A stretch of DNA of 56,224 nt, filler included, from Sluysia triapertura (taxonomy: Eukaryota), in assembly GCA_046118255.1 (NCBI GenBank). It is 4 parts of 4 records of this genome, joined end to end, with 100 filler letters (N's around TTAATTAATTAA, not from the genome) between each part and the next. Parts side by side here need not be neighbours in the genome. Positions count along the whole stretch, not along the records: positions 1 to 18,803 come from JBJNIA010118639.1; 3 more parts are not named here. One strand, given 5' to 3'. Every line of letters begins with the position of its first letter. The stretch's first letter is position 1. Positions 1 through 13,110 of the stretch are shown here, one piece after another. A model generated the notes under the pieces. That model ran no database searches and had not been told where the DNA came from. It was given only the letters and a program-made list of their open reading frames with translations. Both the position numbers and the translations under genes were made by a program.

Positions 1-1702
1 TCATTATAATTCATCATAGTCCCCTATCTCATTTCCTCAATAACGTTTACTTTATCTGTCATCCTGAATCTTGAACCATTACATACACCTTTACCCTTCA
101 ACAATCCCAACATTTATAATATTTTCGTCTTTGTTGTGCTTATAAATTTTGAAGTGTCATATTTTTTCATTGGGATCCCTGTTCAAATATACGAATGTGT
201 ATTTTCATTTAACCCTGTAAAGGCTTTAAGCCTAGTATGATAATTGTAGTTACAAAAGAGCTTAAATGATAAATGATTCATTTTGGTTTATTATAGAATT
301 AAAATCTAAGAGCCTTAAGTTCGTCTGGTTTTTTTTTCAATCTAATTAAAGGCTTAGGTCAAGAAAATATCATTTCATTAGTGGTGAACAGGCGAAACTG
401 ATACAGTGTATAATAAAAACAATAACTAGTTTAGATTTCCTTATCCTACTGAAGTCTTTAAGCCTCTTAATAATACTTTGACTACATTAAATGTATTGTT
501 ATGATGTCGGGAGTTTTAGTGTTTATTGAAAACACATGATTATTTATGCCAGACAATTTTAATATTCAAAATTTAACTGTAATTTCCATCGAATTTCCAT
601 CCTGCTATTTTCTATCATTATCAAAAGATAATTCGTTTTGTGACAAAGAAACTCTTCAAATTCAAAATTTAACATGATTATAAGAATGCTTATTTGTACA
701 ATAATACATCAACTGAAATTGAATATAAATGTGATCAAATATAAAAATTACTTCAAATAGTAACTTCAATAACATTTATAAAAGATTTTTTAATGAGCAT
801 ATACTTTTACTATGTAAGATAATTATAATACAGTTATTTAAATTTATAAAATTAATTAAAGCTACGTTATCTACGTCGATTTTTACCGCATTATTTCAGC
901 ATTCATAACAGTAATAAATTTCATCATTGCATGTCATAAATGCCGCTTTAGCATATGCAAACATTGTATGTAAAGTTATTGAGTAAAAATTATTTTCAAA
1001 TAATTTTAATTAAATTAATTACATTGTTTTCATTAAAGCAAAACTTTAGAAAACATTGGTCCCTTCACTCTTTTTTATATGTATGTCACTTTACTATAAC
1101 ATAACTTTTAAAAGTATAATTTATCATTAAGTTTACTTTATTTTTTAGTTGCATATATCAATCTCGCCTTCTTTCACCTTACAAACTATGACACCCCAGT
1201 ATACACTTCATCTTTCAACAACCTTAAGAATTATAATTTTAGAAAATAATAATTTATTATTTACAGTAGTAAGTAAATATTAATAAATTGGAAGTGAATA
1301 ATTGAAATAATGAAGTGGATAAAGAAAATATCATTCGTTGAGAATTAGTATAATTAATGATTCCCTTCTACGAGATAATCATAAATATAATCGTAGTGAT
1401 AAAATTTATTGGCGAAAGATATTTCATTTCAATCATTTACAAAGACGTCATTTTGAAAATTATATTATTTTGGTCATTTAATTATTAAAACGATTAGCTG
1501 ATAAGATTTTTCCTTGATTAAGGTAAATTTATTGAATTAAAGGTTTATTTGAGCTTTTCTCAAATATTAAAATACACGAAAAATCCTTACTTTATTGTAC
1601 TACTAAAACAATTTGTATATTGTGTTTTTTGTTAATAAGCAAAAAATTCGTTAAATTCTACTATTTTTAAAATAGTACATTACATTGTTATTATAAACAC
1701 CA

Positions 1703-1924
1703 TTATATTATCTTTGTTTCACCTTTATTGCTTTCTTCTTCTTCTTCTTCTTCCCCTTCTTCTTCTTCATCGTCCAGACTTCCATCGAAAGAATCACCAG
1801 CCATGGTTAAAACGATGTCATAAAATTCACATTTTTTAGTTTCCGGAAAATAAAATGTTAAATAGACAAGACAAATTACGACAACAATAAAGAATAATAA
1901 AAATAGTAATCCTTTGAGAAATAA
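1703..1924 (-). CDS. Terminal exon of a GLUT/SLC2A-family (MFS sugar porter) transporter: TM12 plus acidic C-tail
   Basis: After the acceptor tttttag it translates LFLKGLLFLLFFIVVVICLVYLTFYFPETKKCEFYDIVLTMAGDSFDGSLDDEEEEGEEEEEESNKGETKII*. PETK after TM12 is the sugar-porter signature. 222 nt, phase 0, joins in frame to the 3658-3870 exon. Not in the ORF track. Confidence 0.85.
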   Translation of the reverse strand, partial: LFLKGLLFLLFFIVVVICLVYLTFYFPETKKCEFYDIVLTMAGDSFDGSLDDEEEEGEEEEEEESNKGETKII

Positions 1925-3657
1925 CTAAAAAATAAAAATAACTTAGTATTACTATTAAGAATCAATAAATATACTTATACTACATTATATATGCACAATT
2001 GATTTTAAAATGTCAAAAATGTTAAAATTAAATATTGTAACAAATATATATTTAATTAAATTTTCCACAGCTTTATTCATATAGAGATTGAAAGTTTTGA
2101 AAAATGCTGTGTTTGTATTTTATTTACTCGATAGGGAAATTTGAATTTATAGAACACTGATGCTAATCTTTTTATGTTGCCGTGCTCAAGTTTTAAAAAG
2201 TTTGAATTTTTAATGTTTCAGGATACGAAATAGTTTGATATAAGATGTGATAAATCTTCAATACAAAATTTCCTAGAAAATTTTTTTGTTATGTTAACAA
2301 TAATTCGAAATTTTGTATGTAATTCTCTTTGTTGTCATGTTATATTCCTTTTTTGTGTATAAAATTTGCAAGTTTTATTTATATTATCAGGTAGTCTTTC
2401 CATGTTTGAAAATAAATTGCAACGCTTTTCAATAAATCTAATGTTTTAGTACAAATTACAGGAGTAACTAAATTACTTAACAAATTTTACCGAATTAATT
2501 GTAGATAAATAACTTTGTGCACGTGCGTAACTCTTTAATAAATCGAACGAATTATATCCCAAACGAAAAAAACTAAAGCTACTCGTCTCGACGCTGAAAG
2601 TTTTTATTTCCTCAACAAATAGCTATCTTCAAAGGGTTAATTCCTTTATATTATATTCGTTTTTTATTGTTAATTACATATTTCGTCATTTTTAAAATTG
2701 TCTTGCCAGAAGAATATTCTTTGAATTATTTTTTCATCTCTGAAATAATCAAAAAAATAAAATATTTTAACAATGCTTTCTTTAAATATTTTCCATCACT
2801 ATATGGCTTATCACATTTTGCAATTGCATCTAGCAATTACTGTATTTCATTCACTAATTACGTTTTTTTATTGAACTGCACTTTTAAGTTCTTTGAAACT
2901 AATTCTTTGTTTTGTCTAATATACCTTACCTTGATAGGTTAAAATGGAGAGACATTTTTTAACTTTCCAAAAGATTTATTAACAGATTATCCACCAAATC
3001 CTGGATTGAGAAAAGGTAAAACGCAATCAACAAATCAATGTAACAAATATTTATTTGTAAGTGACATAATTACCTTTAAAATCACTGTAAAAATCCTAAT
3101 AGACCACCTTCATTAAGATATAAGTCGTATCTATTAGGCGAATTCTCCTCCAGAATCATTTTTTAAGTGTAAGTTCAAGCTTTCATAGATAAAACACTTG
3201 CAACTGTAATGAATCATATAATTTATGTAAAATCAACAATCGATGCCTACAAACATATCAAAAGAATTTCGAGCAACAAATATATTCCCAATATATTCCC
3301 AACAAATGCAAATACATCCATTATTGCTTGTATTATACATATTTTAAAAGGGCCTTATGTTGAAAATTAAATGATAACAGCATTTAATATATTTACCATA
3401 TTTTATTAATAAATATGTATTTTTATTGATTGATTGCACTTTTGGCTCAAAAACACCCCTGTTTTAGGTTGCATTATACCTGCAGATGACAATCTTAAGT
3501 AGTTTTGTAATCTTTATAATTTTACAAAGAATATTAATCTATATTGTTTAACATTTAATACATTGTATTTTTGGTCACCTGTACATGGAAAAATAAAATA
3601 TTACAAGATTGGGAAAAAGAAATATTTTTGAATTAATAACATAAACAAAAAACTAAC

Positions 3658-3870
3658 ACTTAAATGTGGAAAAATATGTAAGATTAGACAAGATGATAAC
3701 CACTGAATTCCTAGACCTATGGAATACCCAGTAGCTCGAGTGGTTTGAGTAAACATTTCAGCACTAACAACACTAGGAATTATTCCAAGACCTATAGCAT
3801 AACAAATAGTAAATATTATGATAAGGACAACAGTAATAATTGAGCATGTAAATTCCAGGTTGTATTGTAT
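3658..3870 (-). CDS. Penultimate exon of the same GLUT/SLC2A-family transporter (TM10-TM11)
   Basis: Bounded by ttag and gttagt; 213 nt open frame IQYNLEFTCSIITVVLIIIFTICYAIGLGIIPSVVSAEMFTQTTRATGYSIGLGIQWLSSCLILHIFPHLS. Matches the GLUT pattern G.GPIPW...AE.F.Q..R..A......W. Confidence 0.88.
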
Positions 3871-6800
3871 CTAAATAAAGTCATTGCTTTACAATGATAA
3901 TTTATGGATATTTAATTAATTTTATATTCTTTTAAATATTATGTGCGTTTGTTGACAATTTTAAATTTAATTAGGGCATAAATTGATAATTAAAATTAGA
4001 TTTCAAATTAAATAACTTTTAGATCATGGAAATTTCGAGAAAAATTTGAAATAACCAAAATCATGGCAAAATTCTGATTACTTTGAGCAATAATAAACAC
4101 CTGAAGTAGCGGTTTTTGAAAGGAAATATGCGTTCAAAGTGATTTATAATTGTTTCAAAATAACATCTTTAAAAAGAATGGTTATTTTTACTATGGATGA
4201 TATACAACTATTAGCATTATATTTATATTTAATCAATAATTTGAATCTTGATCTTCGGAACTATTGTAAGTTTTAAAGATATCTTAATTTTAAAAATTAT
4301 ACATATTTATTTTATGTTATTTAAAGATATAATAACTTTTAAAGTTATTCTAAAAAATGTAATTATGCTAAATGTTGATTCATTTTAAAAGACACGATTA
4401 GAGATATAATTAACCATAAAGTTCCAATCTGGCCACTTCAAAGACATTTTTTGTTTTTGTGTATTAGTCAATAAAATTCTTACTTATTTGTTTCATTATG
4501 ATCTAGATACCAAAGCTAATTAAAGCTTAATTTTAACTTATATTCTTAATTTTATCTAAACCAAAACTCTTGACGAGTTGAATTTGTATCCTTTTACAGA
4601 TCACCAAAAAAAGTTCTTGATTGGAGGAAGTTTACAATTTGTTGATCATTCTATCTATAAAAAGCACTTAATATACACCTTTTGCTGTCAAGGCTGCCTC
4701 CAATGCCATTTTACTGAAGTCTTTGTTTGTTCTCGAGATATTTTCATCAGAATTCTCTGTTTACAGTAAAATGGGTTGTGGACCTATGTATTCTCATACG
4801 TAGATGGCACAGACACAATCTTGATCTGAATCAGTTCCATTTCTAAATCTAAAGTCGATTCTAATGTACTTGAATGACTGCAACATCAGATTCTGAACTA
4901 TTAAATAATGCAAGTGATTCTTCCAAGTTAGCAACATCGAGAAAATCACCCAGTGCTACTTCAACGTTCATAAAATCATTTAATGTAATTTTTAATATAA
5001 CGAAAAATCAAGATAAAGTTTATACGGTACATGTTATCTAAAGATGTCATTTGATCACGTTCAGAAGAAAGTCATCAGACTAATGAAATGCATAGTTACG
5101 CACTTTTCCGTGATAGACAGAAGTTTTGTTGGGTTTATCCATTGTTAATCCGAAGTATATGAAGACAATTTACACTGACGAATTCTTATATTAAATTAAT
5201 AAAAATGAGTTTATAATAAAGTTAAACTTTATCACAACAAAATTTAGAATATGAAAATCAATTATAATTCGATAATAAATCAATAGAAATATAATATGAA
5301 TTCTCGCTTATTTTTTGTAAATATTTAATAAAGTGATATAAGCGATATTCATGACATAGTGTAATATTAAAGTACATATAATGTTTATCATATACATTTA
5401 AAAATATAATAGGTATGCATTTCTTGGCACATTTATTACTTGCAATTCTAATTTATTGTATGAAATTTCAAAAAACGTAAATTAATGTATTAGTAACTCT
5501 TTAAGATCCGCAATTGGATAGTTTGTAAACTCATGATATATCCTATCTCGATTTATTTACTTTTAAACTAGAATTTAAAAATAATACATAAATTTATCAA
5601 AAATTTAACATTGAAGAGCTAAGACTTATTAAGAAACGATAGATGCATTAAATGCATACCCACGGTCTTTAAAATGAAATGTTACTGATGTAAAATATGT
5701 ACAATATTATTCCCTACAATTTTTAATTCTGGAAATTGTTCATTTATAAAGTATAAACGATCTAAGAAAGAAAATTCTGATGCAAAAGAAACTAATGAAG
5801 CAATGTTTAAAGAATATTTAAAATCTCGTAAAAATGTATTCCAATTTATTAAAAAGAAAAAAGTAGATTATAATATATCATTTACAAATAATTATATTAA
5901 TTATTTGATAAAAAATGAAAGTCTGGCTCGTAGCGTTTATTAAATAAAGTCGAAGTAAAAAAAAGTTTAATTCAATATAGGAAAAATTATAATTTCGGAG
6001 GAAAACAAAATAATGACACTATCGTAATCACGTGATTTCGACTGTAATTAAAATCAATCGAAAGCAATCATATTCCTAATTCCATTTCATCATTTCATTA
6101 CTTAACTGATTATTAATTATTGTGTTCTTATTGTGTTTTAAGTTGAAATATGCAATAAATTTCATTCTCATTAATATTTCTTAAACCTAATAATAAGAGA
6201 TGTTTTAATTTTTTTGATAAATATGTTCAAAATTATAATTTTCATAGTGCATAATGCAAAAAAAACTTAATTATCTATTAAAGATTCGTAAACATTTATA
6301 TTTCAGTCTACATTTGAGAACTCACTATACTGGATATAACCGAAATTAATTTGTCAAATTCAATAGATTTATATATCATAACATAAAAAATTTCAAATTA
6401 TTTATAAATCAAAATGAATTAAATGAATTCTAACCAGGGGAAATATTCCAACCATTAAAAAGCACGAAAATAAACACAAACATATTATCACAGTTGGATA
6501 AATTAAGAATTTTTTCCGTCCTATTTTATCTAACAATATAAATACGGGGAAAGTGCTTACAAGATTGAAAAAACCGATTATAAAAACACATATTTGAATG
6601 TATTTAGTTGGAAATAGTATCGACTTAAAGAATATGTTTGAATAACAGATAACCTAAGAATAATTAATAATATTGTATTAATAATATTAATAATATTTAT
6701 AATGATAATAATAATAATAATTATTATTATTATTACTATTATTATTATTATTGGAGTAGTCCGAACAAAACGAGGGTTCTTGAAACAAATTTCGTGCAAC

Positions 6801-7014
6801 AAAATAATAATTTGTTAATGCTATTATTTATTATAGTGCAGAAATTGTTAAAAAATGGAGTACATGGAATTTACACAATTAAAGTCTATATAAAATATAA
6901 AATGCAAATGTTCGTTTGTTAAAAATCTTACATCACAGAAAGTACTTCACACATTACTTTAAAAATTTGGCGTAGCATTACATTAGAGAACATTACATAC
7001 CTACTATTATACAG

Positions 7015-7112
7015 ATATAAAGCGTTCCAGTATATGTTGATTCTGGCAGCAGTTAAATCCCAAAATGATGTAGCCTTAGTTCTTGTGTTCTTAGTTCTCG
7101 CCCGACATTGCT
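7015..7112 (-). mobile_element. Possible piggyBac transposase fragment (region after the third catalytic Asp)
   Basis: CRARTKN...SFWDLTAARINIYW resembles the piggyBac R..KW....F.DL...N.W segment; short and degraded. Confidence 0.3.
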
Positions 7113-7360
7113 GCCAGAAGGAAAAAATAATATATAGTAAAAACATATCACTAAAGTGATATATGCAACACAATTGATTGGTATGTGAAGAAAATTTACT
7201 ATATATAAAAATACATGTCAGTTTTACAAAAATTATGTTGTTACAAATTATATTAGAAAGTCAGTAATTGTATTAAGATGGTTGTTCATTAAGTTAACTT
7301 ACAAATTATACTTCAAATTTTATTTAGAATATGTCAATGTTACAAATTATATTTAGAAAG

Positions 7361-7489
7361 NNNNNNNNNNNNNNNNNNNNNNNNNNNNNNNNNNNNNNNN
7401 NNNNNNNNNNNNNNNNNNNNNNNNNNNNNNNNNNNNNNNNNNNNNNNNNNNNNNNNNNNNNNNNNNNNNNNNNNNNNNNNNNNNNNNNN
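7361..7489. other. Assembly gap (129 N)
   Basis: Run of N. Confidence 0.99.
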
Positions 7490-8523
7490 AGTTTTTTGTC
7501 TTAGTTTGAATGTTTAATAATAAGGTAATTTGTTCTCGATGTCGAGTCTTTTTAATGTATATGTTCGAATGTGTATTAATTATGTTATTTAAAGTCTTAT
7601 TTAGTTATTTCTCTATAATTTCGTGAACTTTATAATCGTCTCAGTTGTTCGAGATGAAAGTGCTTGATAACCGATTTATCCTTTAGAGTTGTTAAGTAAC
7701 TGTGTCTTGATCAAATTCGTGTAATTAAGCTTTATCTTTGATGCTTTGTTTTATTGCGCAACAGTTTTAATTTATTATACTTTGCGACAACTTTGTTTGA
7801 TTTATTTTATTTTAAAACTCCGTCATCTTATTATGAAAATACTTGAGTTTTATTAAGTGATAACTTTATGACTTTATTTTAAACTTTGCATCTTTGTCTA
7901 TTCTGTTCCATTTTTAAGGCCTTATGTCACTTTAGGACTATATTTTCAATCCCCTCGATTATAAAAATAAATTAGGCAAAAACAAATTTATTGAATTCAT
8001 ATGAATAAAATAATAAAACTAATTAAACAGTTACTAATTCTATTATAATTATACAGTTTGATAAAAACAGAATGTTAATTGATAATCCTCTTTACTATAT
8101 TTGAACCATTGAATAAATCGGATTTTGTATTAATGCCAAATATGCATAACAATTTTTATGTGTAGCAATTTTTTGTAGCAACTTTTTGATCAAGTTTCTA
8201 TAGGTATTTATATTATTCTTCACAATGATCGATAATATTATGTATTTCGTAATTGAATATTATACAAATTAATTTGTTGGTTCAAACTATTAACGATTAA
8301 TAATATAAATGACTATACAAATTATTATTTGGAATTCCATCATAATATAAGTGACTTATGTACAGTACGAATTGTTGAATCATGATATAGTATAATTTTT
8401 CTTTTTTATTAATATTATTAAACTTTGATTTATTGTTATCTTTATTTAATTTCAATTTAAGATAATTTTTAGTCGCTCATAATGCTTTTAAACTTTAATA
8501 TTGTATTATTTTTATCTGTTCTG

Positions 8524-8752
8524 TCTAATCTTAATTTAAAATAATTTTGATCGAATATTATGCTCTTAGATTTTAATTTCATGTTACTTCTTCTAATCTT
8601 AATTTAAAATGATTTTATTTATTTAATCATCTGTGATGCTTATAAATTTTGATTTTATGTTGTCTCTATACAATCTCAATTTAAAATTATTAATTTCAAT
8701 TTAAAATCATTGTTATTTATTACTAAATTTTGATTTTATATTACCTCTATGA
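8524..8752. repeat. Degenerate tandem repeat, ~70-bp unit, 3-4 copies
   Basis: Recurring aatct(t/c)aatttaaaat and attttgattttat(g/a)tt blocks. Confidence 0.6.
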
Positions 8753-10176
8753 TAACATTATGATTTTTATAAATCTATTATGATCTCAATAATTTTTATA
8801 ATAATTAACATTAAAATGATTATTTTAATGAAGATTAAAATTATTATTATTATTAGCATGATTTTAATGATGGAGAATAAAATGAGATTTATATTTACAT
8901 TACTATTAATAAACTAAATGCTTTCAATGTTCAGTCATACTAATAGAGATAAACCTTTGATATATGTTCGAAAACTGTTCAAATACTTAAATAGTTTTTA
9001 TAAGAAAATGTAAAAGTTTATTTCATTTTGATTCCATTTTCATCACAAAAGTTGTAAAATAATGGTCAAAATTTCAGATTTAATATCTAGAAGAATATTT
9101 GAAATAATCCATAATAGAATTGAATCTGTATTTTGGATATTGCCAAGTTTGAGGTACACAAATACTCACTGAAGTACTACGGGATTCATTGTCAAAAGAA
9201 CGAAATTTGAATTTCTTCTTTTTATGACCGTAACATAGCCTCAACAATTTCGTCATGACTGTAAAAGAAATTAAAAAATACATCTAAAGTTAATAAAATA
9301 TAAGAAAAATTAATTCATTCAACAAGAAATCTCCTAAGTAAACATATCACTATCTGGCACTTTTGTCATATGTCACCGAACAGTGCTTGGCATGCAGTAT
9401 ATTTGTGAAGATTGTGTTAAAAAGATTTAATTTAAAGTACTACTTATCTTATTGTGAGTCCTCTATGATACTGAACTTATACACTTAAGGGCCAGCACAT
9501 AGATTTTTGCAGTTTTTTAGTTAAAAATGAAATCTGGAGGTTTATTTATTTTAATCTTAATTTTGTTGAATATCAGATCTAGTAACTATCAGTTTTTTAT
9601 TACAAAACAAACTCAAATCAATTTTATTTAATATTAGAACGATATAAGTCTTACAATTATTTATTAAATCCTGTGTACAGAATAACAGTTATAATTATAA
9701 ACGTAAGAACGATAATATAAAATTTTATATAAAATCATGACAGTCTAAGTATACTATGCAAACTAAACCTAAAGTTCTTTTAATCATGAATTAAAAATCT
9801 AACTTGTTACTCGATATTTTATATTTTAATAAAAATAAATTACGAATCAAAAATTTAACGTGTTACTTGATATTTGATTTGTATTTTAATTTAAATATTA
9901 ATTACACAATTAATATTCAGTGAATTATCTATTTTAATAATATATATACTTCAATTTGAAAATATTAATTACTCAATTAATATTCAGTAGATTAAAAATT
10001 TTTAATAGGATTTTATATAGTAATATAAGTCACAGAAATATTAAAAAAATAATTTAAGTCGATTTTATAATTAAGTAAAAATTATCTTAGAAATATTGAT
10101 AAACTAACGATTTCTCTTTAAAAATAAATTTGGTTTTGATATACTTCTTCTGTAGAGATTTATAAATTTGTTACAA

Positions 10177-10295
10177 TATTCTTCTATAAATTCGTAATGA
10201 TATAATATTCTTCTATGAATTCGTAATGATATAAATACTCTTCTATGAACTTGTATTGATATAAATATTCTTCTATAAATTCGTTAGAATATAAT
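10177..10295. repeat. Minisatellite, 29-30-bp unit x4
   Basis: aatattcttctat(a/g)aattcgtaatgatata repeated four times with few substitutions. Confidence 0.9.
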
Positions 10296-12769
10296 AAATT
10301 CACTTAAACAATTAATATTTACTTGTTTAGAAATATCGTTCTATATATAGTAATTTTTTGTTTACTTGTAACGATTAAAACAAAGATAATTTAAAATATT
10401 AAATTATTCATTATTATTAATATTAATACTTTAATATTTTAATAATTTTATTTTAAATTAAACATTAAATATTTTAATTTACAATATTTTTAACCGAAAT
10501 TAATTTATTATTTTTTAATATTTTAACTAAAATTTAATATTTGAATTTATTATACCTTACCTTCAAATTTATCCTTAACATAAACAATATACTTATCTTT
10601 TCACGATAATTAACTCGAAATTTAATATCATTATTACATAGATATTCTATCAGTAACGCAATTTATTAATTTAAACTCAGGATTGAATTAATGAAATACT
10701 AAATTTATTCTTCGTAGAAATCCTTTCTACAAACTTTGTGCATCAACCGTACGATGCGCGTGGAGTTCAGTAACATATTTGTGATGACGGAATATTATTA
10801 TGAAAATGTAACGTGTAAAGTGAGTCCACCACGATCCTAGGGTAACACTTTTAAGGGCTAATCCGCAGATTTGAGAAAAGTTTAAGTAAGTTAAATTGAT
10901 AAATTGAAACTCTCAAAAGTGTTAGCCGAGGTTTAATAATTCTTTCTCTTTTGCAGCTTTTTCTAATTTAAATTATAAAATGCTAATTATCTATGCCTGT
11001 AATTTTGCTTGAGACAATAAAGAATGTATGCGTCAGGACTAATCGGTAATGCTTGTATTAAGATAGTTTATATATAAATATTTTAAATATGGTCCTTTAG
11101 TAACTAATTTTCAATGTTGATAGTAAAATTAAAATAACTAATTTTTAAGTTATCTGCATCGACGTGCTTCGTAACATTTCATCATTAAAATACTAACAAA
11201 ACTCGTCATTGTACAGTAATTCGAATATTACTTGATCATGAACAAACATTTTTCATTAAGTTATCAAATTAAACAAATGTACTTCAATACTTTAATTTAA
11301 CAAATATAACTTTTTAAAATGTTATTTATTCGTATCCTTCGTTCTTTCGTTTTGATTCAAATATTTTATACACTTATTTTGTTTTCACAATTCATTATAA
11401 AACTTTATCTTAATTCTTCAATTGTTTATATTATTCTATTATTATGAGTCATAATCCTTCTCCTTAGCTAATCGTCCACTACCAATGATCTGTGTCGTTT
11501 GTCTTAGTATAATTTTAGCAAGCAAAAAGTAATCTTGATATTTGTTCTTTTAGAGCACCAGCCGATTGTCGAAATTCCTAACATAGTATTAAAAATTTAC
11601 TTTACCTTCTAATTTGAAACCATTCTCAAAAGTTGGATAATCCAAAATGAAACTGATTTCATAAATGTTAAAGTACGAACTTCCAGGAAAACTAATTCAT
11701 AGTTACTTTCATATGTAAATTCACCCACAAATATTCCATACACATTATAACCTTACTACATTTTCATACAGACTATAATATCTAAAATAGAATTTATATA
11801 TATGTGAACCATAACAATTCGTCTTATTAACATCACGGTTAATTCGCCGATATATCCTCTCCCATTCACATTGACATCGTTCTTAACAACATTTTCAAAC
11901 TCTGCATTCTAATTTCTTTTTTGTTTTAAAAAGCAATCGCTCGTTCACCTAGACGGACAATTTATTAAAATTGTTTTAATTTAAAATTACGTCCTTTTAC
12001 GCTTCAGTCTATTAACAAAGCACCATCTTCAGCAAATAATAATATAAACCAATCAGATTTACAGAAATAATTATCAGTTTAAACGAAAGAACTGAATAAA
12101 GTGGATCAAATACTCAACCTATCAGTTCTAGCATTTCCGAAGCTAGTTCATTAATTGTACAAGATATTTTTTCTAATATTTTTAGTTACATAAAATTCTT
12201 AATACCAGTTTAGGTGAGGATGAATCACCTTTAGAGAAAGATGTTCTAAGTGATGATTGGTTAGAAAAATTTCTGTATCAATAAAAACCGAGATGAACTT
12301 GTTCAATTGAGTGTGTTCAATTGTGGTGCTTGGAGTAATGTAATTGAAAGTGATACTGATTATCGTAACAATGAATATGCATTAACTTCTTTTGAAGAAA
12401 CTAAAAAAAGTTATAATTTGCTGCATGATATTGAAAGGGTAACGCATCAATTAAAAGTTAAATTGGCCAATTCTGATCAATATACTGGTTTATTGGAAGA
12501 TTTAATTGTTGATGAAGTAAAACGAAAATTGACCGAAAATATGCGATGTGACTGTTTATTTATTACACTGAGAAAATTATTATAGAAATTATTATTGTTG
12601 AAGTTGTTATTATTATTATTTGTTACCGTCATCTCAACTTTTTGTTTAAATATTCAAAACTAATAAAGATTAAGAAAGTTTTATATACAACAATAAAGAA
12701 TTTTCAAAAGGAATACTAACTTTGTGTGAATTTAAAATCATCTTTTGTCTAAAAGATAAATAAGCGCCT

Positions 12770-13110
12770 ATATCTCAGTTCAAGGCAAGTTTTCGGTGTA
12801 TTGTATTTTAGTTCAGTGCTTACCGTGAATTTTTCGATGCTACCAAAGATGTTAGATGTCATTTTAAAATTCTGGATTCAGATACATTTTGATCGTGAAG
12901 AAGCTAGCCAGTTTTTCGTTTTAACCATGGTACACTATTCAGGAAGATGTAGTGCAAGTATCACTAGATAATACAGATTTTGTAATAATTTAAAATTGGT
13001 TAAGCCAGAAGTATTCGGACATCCGATTTTAAGCGAGGCAGAAATGACGATTTAGAAGTTTTAGGTTATATGTTTTATTATGTTTCAAAGAAAAAATCAC
13101 CTGGAAAAGT
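12770..13110 (+). pseudogene. CK1-group (CK1/TTBK/VRK) protein kinase fragment
   Basis: 13031-13108 translates KRGRNDDLEVLGYMFYY...P(W)K with a frameshift, matching CK1-group subdomain IX (SRRDDLESLGY.../GRHDDL...LPW). A weak Gly-loop-like remnant lies near 12780; the catalytic subdomains are missing. Confidence 0.45.

Noticed and set aside
2940-3330. Mitochondrial-carrier-like phrase (NEGGLLGF) on the minus strand inside the GLUT intron
   Set aside because: A single short motif amid stops and frameshifts; no PX[DE]XX[KR] signature found.
6578-6802. Ile-rich ORFs (also 45740-45967, 38038-38235)
   Set aside because: They are translations of (AAT)n microsatellites or low-complexity DNA.
10177-10295. 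CRISPR-like array
   Set aside because: Units are contiguous with no unique spacers, the context is eukaryotic, and there are no cas genes.
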